Origin: an uncultured Spirochaetota bacterium
GTDB taxonomy: Bacteria; Spirochaetota; Brevinematia; Brevinematales; JAOACQ01
Assembly (NCBI GenBank): GCA_963768055.1
Contig: CAVYGN010000002.1
Span: forward strand, 320,001-384,000
DNA: 64,000 nucleotides
Direction of reading: 5' to 3'
Shown here: one piece after another, positions 58,809-64,000 of the stretch
Layout of the letters: each line of letters starts with the position of its first letter
Position numbering within the stretch: the first letter of the stretch is position 1
Translations under genes and position numbers: made by a program
The notes under the pieces: generated by a model
Seen by the model: the letters and a program-made list of their open reading frames with translations, nothing else
Databases searched by the model: none
Told to the model about the DNA's origin: nothing

Positions 58809-60560
58809 CTATTCTTTCGCCAGGTCGTCGTAACGGACCTCGACCGGTTCTCCCGGCAGGGCCGTTCCGGATCTTTCCGCGTCCCTCAACATTTTAGCCT
58901 TTACCGGATCGTACCACCAGTAGCTGATAATCTGCATATCGATATTAAAGTAATAAAATTTGCCTATTTTGGAGACAACCGTTTTAGGTTTGCCGAACTC
59001 GTTTTTATAAAATACCGGATAAAAATCATAATCCCAGAAGAGTATATAAGGCACCCCGGGATATATTATCCTGTCCATCGCTTTTAATACATCATTCCTG
59101 GCCTCTATGCTGAAATTTCCCGCAAGTGAATCGATAAGCCTGTCCACGCGCGGGTTCTTATATCCGGGCAGGTTCCCGCCAACCAGTTCGTCCGCATGTT
59201 TCGAATGCCAGGTCTGCTCGGGGTCGTCGAAAATCGAGAAAGCCAGGCCGATGTTAACAGCGTCGAATTTATACTCGTCGATTTTTTTTATCAGCGTAGC
59301 CCAGGATGTGAGTTCAAGATCAATTTTTACTCCTGCCTGCCTGCAGGATTGTATATAGAGGGTAAGGCATTTTACCGAGTCTTCGTCGTCCTGGCGCGCC
59401 AGTATGGTGAATTCAAGCCTACGGCCATTTTTATCGACAAGGTAGCCGCCGCTGTCGAGTTTATCGTAGCCCGCAAGAATTAATAATTGCTTTGCCCCGG
59501 CAGGGTCGTACGGGATGGGCGGATTTTCGCTTAAGCTCGGCCAGTAAGAATTAATAGGCGTTTCAAATCCGTACATTAATTTGTCGATTATCGTCTTCCT
59601 GTCGAGAAGCATGGCAAGCGCGCGCCTGATCCTTATATCCGCGAAAAGGGGAATTCTCATGTTGAGCGCGAGCCCCCTGAAACCCCTGGGAAAATGATTG
59701 TATATTTTCTGTTTTACTACCCAGTTCTTTTTAAATTTCTCGCCGTCCGTCTCCGTAAACCACCTTTTAGGAGTGATCTGCCTCGGGCCGGCGCTCGTAT
59801 AAACATCGAAATCTCCACGTTTGAATGCCTCGAAGGAAACATTGTTGTCCCTTATGATCTTATATTCTATCCTGTCGAAATTGAACATATGATACCTGTT
59901 CGGCAGATGTTCCCCCCAGTAATTACGGGACCTGGATAAAACATAGGAACGGGTCCCGTTAACCTCAGCGAGGCTGTAAGGGCCGCTGGAGCAGGGCAGT
60001 TCCATGTTGAAGCTTTTGTTAAAGTCCTTCCCTTTATAAACATGCATGGGAAGAATATTCATCTCTGCGAGATTCGCAAAATTCAGGTAATGGACGAACC
60101 TTGCCCTGAATTCGACAGTGTAATCGTCGCGGATTACAGGTTCCTCGAACCGGGAAAAGAAAATCCTCTGGATTGAAGTCCTGTTGCCGGTATCCATGAT
60201 AACATCGTAGGTAAATTTTACATCCCGTGCCGTTAAAGGCTCCCCGTCGGACCACCTGGCCCTTCGGTCGAGCATGAACGTATAGTTTTTTTTATCGGCC
60301 GAGATCGTCCATGACTTCGCGATCAGGGGTTCGAATTCGAGCGTATCCGGATCTATGTCGAGAAGGGTATCGTAAACAAGATAGAAAACATCGGAGGCGT
60401 CGACCGAAGGGTTGACATAGAGGTTGAACGATTCGGGGAATTCAGATTTATTTACTACAAGGGTCCCTCCCCTTACAGCGTCGGGATCCCCGGAAAACGC
60501 CGCGCAGGACAGGGGCGCCAGCATTAACAGCAAAATATACCTTAAATGAAGCCATTTCAT
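58809..60560 (-). CDS. peptide ABC substrate-binding protein (family 5, YejA-like), copy 1
   Basis: ARWSDGEPLTARDV signature; clear paralogue of the downstream gene. Confidence 0.9.
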   Translation of the reverse strand: MKWLHLRYILLLMLAPLSCAAFSGDPDAVRGGTLVVNKSEFPESFNLYVNPSVDASDVFYLVYDTLLDIDPDTLEFEPLIAKSWTISADKKNYTFMLDRRARWSDGEPLTARDVKFTYDVIMDTGNRTSIQRIFFSRFEEPVIRDDYTVEFRARFVHYLNFANLAEMNILPMHVYKGKDFNKSFNMELPCSSGPYSLAEVNGTRSYVLSRSRNYWGEHLPNRYHMFNFDRIEYKIIRDNNVSFEAFKRGDFDVYTSAGPRQITPKRWFTETDGEKFKKNWVVKQKIYNHFPRGFRGLALNMRIPLFADIRIRRALAMLLDRKTIIDKLMYGFETPINSYWPSLSENPPIPYDPAGAKQLLILAGYDKLDSGGYLVDKNGRRLEFTILARQDDEDSVKCLTLYIQSCRQAGVKIDLELTSWATLIKKIDEYKFDAVNIGLAFSIFDDPEQTWHSKHADELVGGNLPGYKNPRVDRLIDSLAGNFSIEARNDVLKAMDRIIYPGVPYILFWDYDFYPVFYKNEFGKPKTVVSKIGKFYYFNIDMQIISYWWYDPVKAKMLRDAERSGTALPGEPVEVRYDDLAKE

Positions 60561-60622
60561 AGATTAATCCCCTTCGGGAAAATTATAATTCCGGCGCGGG
60601 GGATAATCAAGAAATGCCCGCT

Positions 60623-60666
60623 AAAAGCGGCGGCCCCGTCCTTTATAAAGAAACGGGGCCGCTTTT
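60623..60666 (-). terminator. intrinsic terminator after flaA
   Basis: GCGGCCCCGT stem pairing with ACGGGGCCGC, flanked by A and T tracts. Confidence 0.75.
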
Positions 60667-60685
60667 ATATGCAATATTGTGAAAT

Positions 60686-61676
60686 CTATTTGTTGGTGGA
60701 AGCCGCAGAAGAGGTACTCGTGGAATTCGTTGTACTCGTTGGAGCCGGATTCATATTAGTCGAGTTATTAATATTCATCCTCTTTTTCTCCTGCTGATAG
60801 AGGTAGAGATCTTCCGAGAACTTCTTGTTCTCAATATCCATTCTATACTTGGTCCTTGCGGTGATAATTCCCCATACCTGCTCGTCCTTGATATCCTGGG
60901 TGACCTCGTCGTCGATTATATACGGGGTATATTCCATTTCAACAGACTTTATATATGTGACAAAATCTCCGCCAAGCTGGTCGGACGGCCTGTAAACGAC
61001 TATCGAGTCCACGGAATAATAAGGAATATCGAAGGGATAAAGCGGTTCCCTTGAAAGTGTCTTGGATGAAACTCTCTCGGTAAAATTCGGGTTTTCGAAT
61101 ACGAGTTTCCTCCATCCGTCGAAAAACAGCCATCCGAAAAAATACTCATGAATATTATCAAAGCGGTCTTTCAAGCGTATTGCCAGCCCCATGCCGGTAA
61201 TTTCTCCCGTTTACCCATATAGAAAGGCTTTTTATCTCCGAGACGTTAGGCATAACGCCGTTTTCCGCATTGGCGAACTGGCCGTTTGTATCGTAGATCT
61301 TTACCGGGAACGGGGGTTTTATAATCGCGTAGCTGTTGTTGTTCCAGCTCGGGAAATGCACCCTTACGCCCAGGGTGGTGGCAAACCGCTGGCTGACTAC
61401 CGGTTTGCAGTAGCTGTTGATCCTGTTATTTATCATGTCGGCTGATTCATTCATTTCCACTTTCCAGTTCTCGAGCATGTAATCCTTATATCCAATGACG
61501 ACTTTGGGAAAGCCGTCGACATTAGTTATATAACTTTCAGCTGGAACCGGAAATTCTGCTTTAATATTATCATCGTATTTCGAGAAATCGATGAGGGTTC
61601 TTGTAATAACAGCGCTTGAAGTAGCCATACAAAAAAATAAAAAAATAACACCGTATATGGCTGATTTTGTTTTCAT
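60686..61676 (-). CDS. flaA: periplasmic flagellar filament sheath protein FlaA, split by a +1 frameshift at 61187-61190
   Basis: LGVRVHFPSWNNNSYAIIKPPF, IKSLSIWVNGRNY, LFFDGWRKL.FENP motifs; two ORFs join as NGRNYRH|GLAIRLKD. Confidence 0.85.
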
Positions 61677-62000
61677 ATGACGCTCCTACAGATTTTTCCT
61701 AAAATTACAACTTTCAATGATCTTAAATTAAAAATCGGCAGAATTAGAAATTGCCTTACATTTTTTAAATTTTTTTTTATTTGGAGGCTTCTAATGTACC
61801 CTACGGGCACCTTCGGCCCTTCGGATAGGTAGCCCCCATAGGGCTCTGCATAATGTCATGGGGAAGATTTCTTCCTGCCCTAATGGGGCGGAATAAACCA
61901 TCGCTCGAAATGACATATAAAAAATATAGACTGAAATATTGGCTTTAAGGAAGTTATTCTTTAAAATAATGTTTCTGAAAACACGAGAGGTCGTTTAATA

Positions 62001-62531
62001 ATGGCAAAAATGGAAATTGTCACATATGGAAATCCGGTTTTAAGACATAGGGCGGAAGAAATAAAATCGGTAGATAAAGATATAATAAGGATCGTTCATG
62101 ACATGATCGACACCCTTGACGAGGGAGGCGTAGGCCTGGCTGCAACCCAGATCGGGGTCCCGAAAAAGATCATGCTGATAGACCTTTCAAAAACAAGCGA
62201 AGAAAAAAAAATTACGCTTATAAATCCGGCGATAATATACAGGTCCTTCGAGGAAGTCGAATATGAAGAGGGGTGCCTTTCGGTCCCGGATGTCTGGGGA
62301 GTCGTCAGCCGGCCTAAGTCGATAAAATTAAAAGGAACCCTGCCGGGAGGAAAAACCATCCTCATTGACGCCGACGAATATTTTGCCAGGGTTCTCCAGC
62401 ACGAAATGGACCATCTCGAGGGAAGGCTTTTCATCGATTACCTTTCGTTCTCAGACAGGGAAAAGAACAAGGAAAAGATCGAGGATATACTTGACAAAAA
62501 CAGGAAGAAATTCGGGAAAATCTGTCTATGA
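62001..62531 (+). CDS. def: peptide deformylase
   Basis: GVGLAATQIG, EGCLS, QHEMDHL. Confidence 0.97.
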   Translation: MAKMEIVTYGNPVLRHRAEEIKSVDKDIIRIVHDMIDTLDEGGVGLAATQIGVPKKIMLIDLSKTSEEKKITLINPAIIYRSFEEVEYEEGCLSVPDVWGVVSRPKSIKLKGTLPGGKTILIDADEYFARVLQHEMDHLEGRLFIDYLSFSDREKNKEKIEDILDKNRKKFGKICL

Positions 62532-63490
62532 GGATGCTTTTTTGGGGAAGTTCCGATTTTTCAATTCCTTCTCTTGAAGCATTAAGCCTCAAAAACGATA
62601 TAGCAGCAGTAATTACTAACCCCGATTCCATATGCGGCCGGGGCATGAAAAATGTCTGTGAAACCACCGTAAAGTCTTTCTCCGTTTCTCATAATATTCC
62701 GGTCATTCAGCCGGTGAAACTCAATGACGAAGGCTTTATTGAAAAATTAACCCGTCTAAAACCGGATCTTTCCGTCGTAGTCTCTTTCGGAATGATCCTC
62801 CCTGAAAAAATACTTAGAATCCCAAGATTCTCCTCGATCAACCTCCATGCTTCACTCCTCCCCTCTTACCGCGGCGCGTCGCCTATACAGGCCGCGCTGG
62901 AACACGGGGACAATTTCACGGGGATCACGATCCAGTACATGGTTAAAGAACTGGACAAGGGGGATATCATACTTCAAAGCAGGCTCGAAATCATGCCCGA
63001 TGATAATTATCAAACTCTTAGCGCACGCCTGGCCGCTGAGGGAGCTAAAAGGCTGGAAGAAGTTATCCGGGCTATTGAAAAAGGAAATGTAAAAGCTGTC
63101 AGGCAGGAGGATTCTGCAGCAACTTTTACAAGGATGTTGAAAAAAAAAGACGGACTGGTCGATTTTGCCGGGCATTCTTCCATTGAAATATATAATAAGT
63201 GGAGGGCTTACTCTTCATGGCCCGGGATCTTTGCAGAGTACGCGGGGCCTTCGGGAAAGATGAACATATGCCTTGTTGAGATCAGGAATATTGAATATGA
63301 CGGACCGAAGGGACGGGCAGGTATGATAAGGGAAGCCGATAGAAAAGGTCTCGTTATAGAGTGCCGGGAAGGGTTTCTGTCCCTTTTAAGACTTAAACCA
63401 TGGGGTAAAAAAGAAATGGACTACCTCAGCTTTATTAACGGTTATAAACCTGTAACCGGAAGGAATTTTAAGGAGAATTATAATGAATGA
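62528..63490 (+). CDS. fmt: methionyl-tRNA formyltransferase
   Basis: NLHASLLPSYRGASPI, LDKGD; follows def. Confidence 0.97.
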   Translation: MRMLFWGSSDFSIPSLEALSLKNDIAAVITNPDSICGRGMKNVCETTVKSFSVSHNIPVIQPVKLNDEGFIEKLTRLKPDLSVVVSFGMILPEKILRIPRFSSINLHASLLPSYRGASPIQAALEHGDNFTGITIQYMVKELDKGDIILQSRLEIMPDDNYQTLSARLAAEGAKRLEEVIRAIEKGNVKAVRQEDSAATFTRMLKKKDGLVDFAGHSSIEIYNKWRAYSSWPGIFAEYAGPSGKMNICLVEIRNIEYDGPKGRAGMIREADRKGLVIECREGFLSLLRLKPWGKKEMDYLSFINGYKPVTGRNFKENYNE

Positions 63491-64000
63491 TGCAAAGGCT
63501 CCCTTGAAATTGTTCCAGAGCCTCAAGGTCACTATATTCAAATTCGAAAAGAAAACCAGGGATTATTTCAGCGCCCAGGGAGCGGATATTTATACAAGAT
63601 TTGTCAGAAGAATGTTTTTTGTATTTATCCTCGCATGTCTGACGGCCGCTGTTGTTGCATTTGCGGTATTATTTATTTCCAGTATTGCCGGTCCTGTCGT
63701 TAAAGTCCCCTCGGTAACCGGTATGAACGTCATAAACGCTGCAATAGCGCTCCAGGAAAAGGGGCTGTCGGTTGAAATAGACAGTAAATTCGATACGAAT
63801 ACTCAAAAATTTATGGTCATAGATCAATTTCCTCAGCAGGGTCTTGCTGTAAGGAAGGGACGAACTGTTACCCTGATCGTCAGCATGGGAAAGGATGTTT
63901 ATACGGTTCCATCATTGGCAGGGTTAAAGAGGGAAGATGCCGAACAGCTCCTGACAAAGCTTAATATAAGCTATGATGTGACTATCATCCAGAGTCCGGA
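63483..64000 (+). CDS. PASTA-domain membrane protein (runs off the window)
   Basis: TM helix, then VPSVTG...QFPQQG...V.LIVSMG and a second VPSLAG PASTA repeat. Confidence 0.85.
   Translation, partial: MNDAKAPLKLFQSLKVTIFKFEKKTRDYFSAQGADIYTRFVRRMFFVFILACLTAAVVAFAVLFISSIAGPVVKVPSVTGMNVINAAIALQEKGLSVEIDSKFDTNTQKFMVIDQFPQQGLAVRKGRTVTLIVSMGKDVYTVPSLAGLKREDAEQLLTKLNISYDVTIIQSP

Overview
Chromosomal window from a spirochaete (inferred from the periplasmic-flagellum sheath gene flaA and spirochaete-type lipoprotein and outer-membrane genes). Most of it is housekeeping: acpP end, OmpA, MFS, asd, rluD, rimP-nusA-infB-rbfA-nrnA, glgP, pncB-pncA, lolC/E-lolD, ilvE, a Yej/Opp-type ABC importer with two binding proteins, flaA and def-fmt-PASTA. 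An AT-rich, decayed defence island spans about 9.5-23.5 kb. It holds an AbiE (type IV TA) remnant, IS21-like and IS481 scraps, a reconstructable 900-aa Type IIG-like restriction-modification gene cut by two insertions, a reconstructable 295-aa HTH/COG2958-like nuclease gene cut by one insertion, and two inverted 1596-bp IS3-family copies. The most unusual feature is a 5035-bp IS1595-family cargo transposon (14126-19160, perfect 25-bp TIRs, 8-bp TSD). Its passengers form five tail-to-tail gene pairs, two of them pairs of YodC/DUF2158 paralogues. The pairs are built on identical reusable promoter/RBS blocks fused to unrelated ORFs. Plus-strand genes have RBS-sequestering hairpins, minus-strand genes have near-consensus promoters, and a spare right end lies inside the element. 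This looks like a cassette-accreting or cassette-shuffling element. Also notable are a DnaE paralogue with a degenerate polymerase active site, a ~245-bp imperfect hairpin upstream of pncB, and a single-base frameshift in flaA.
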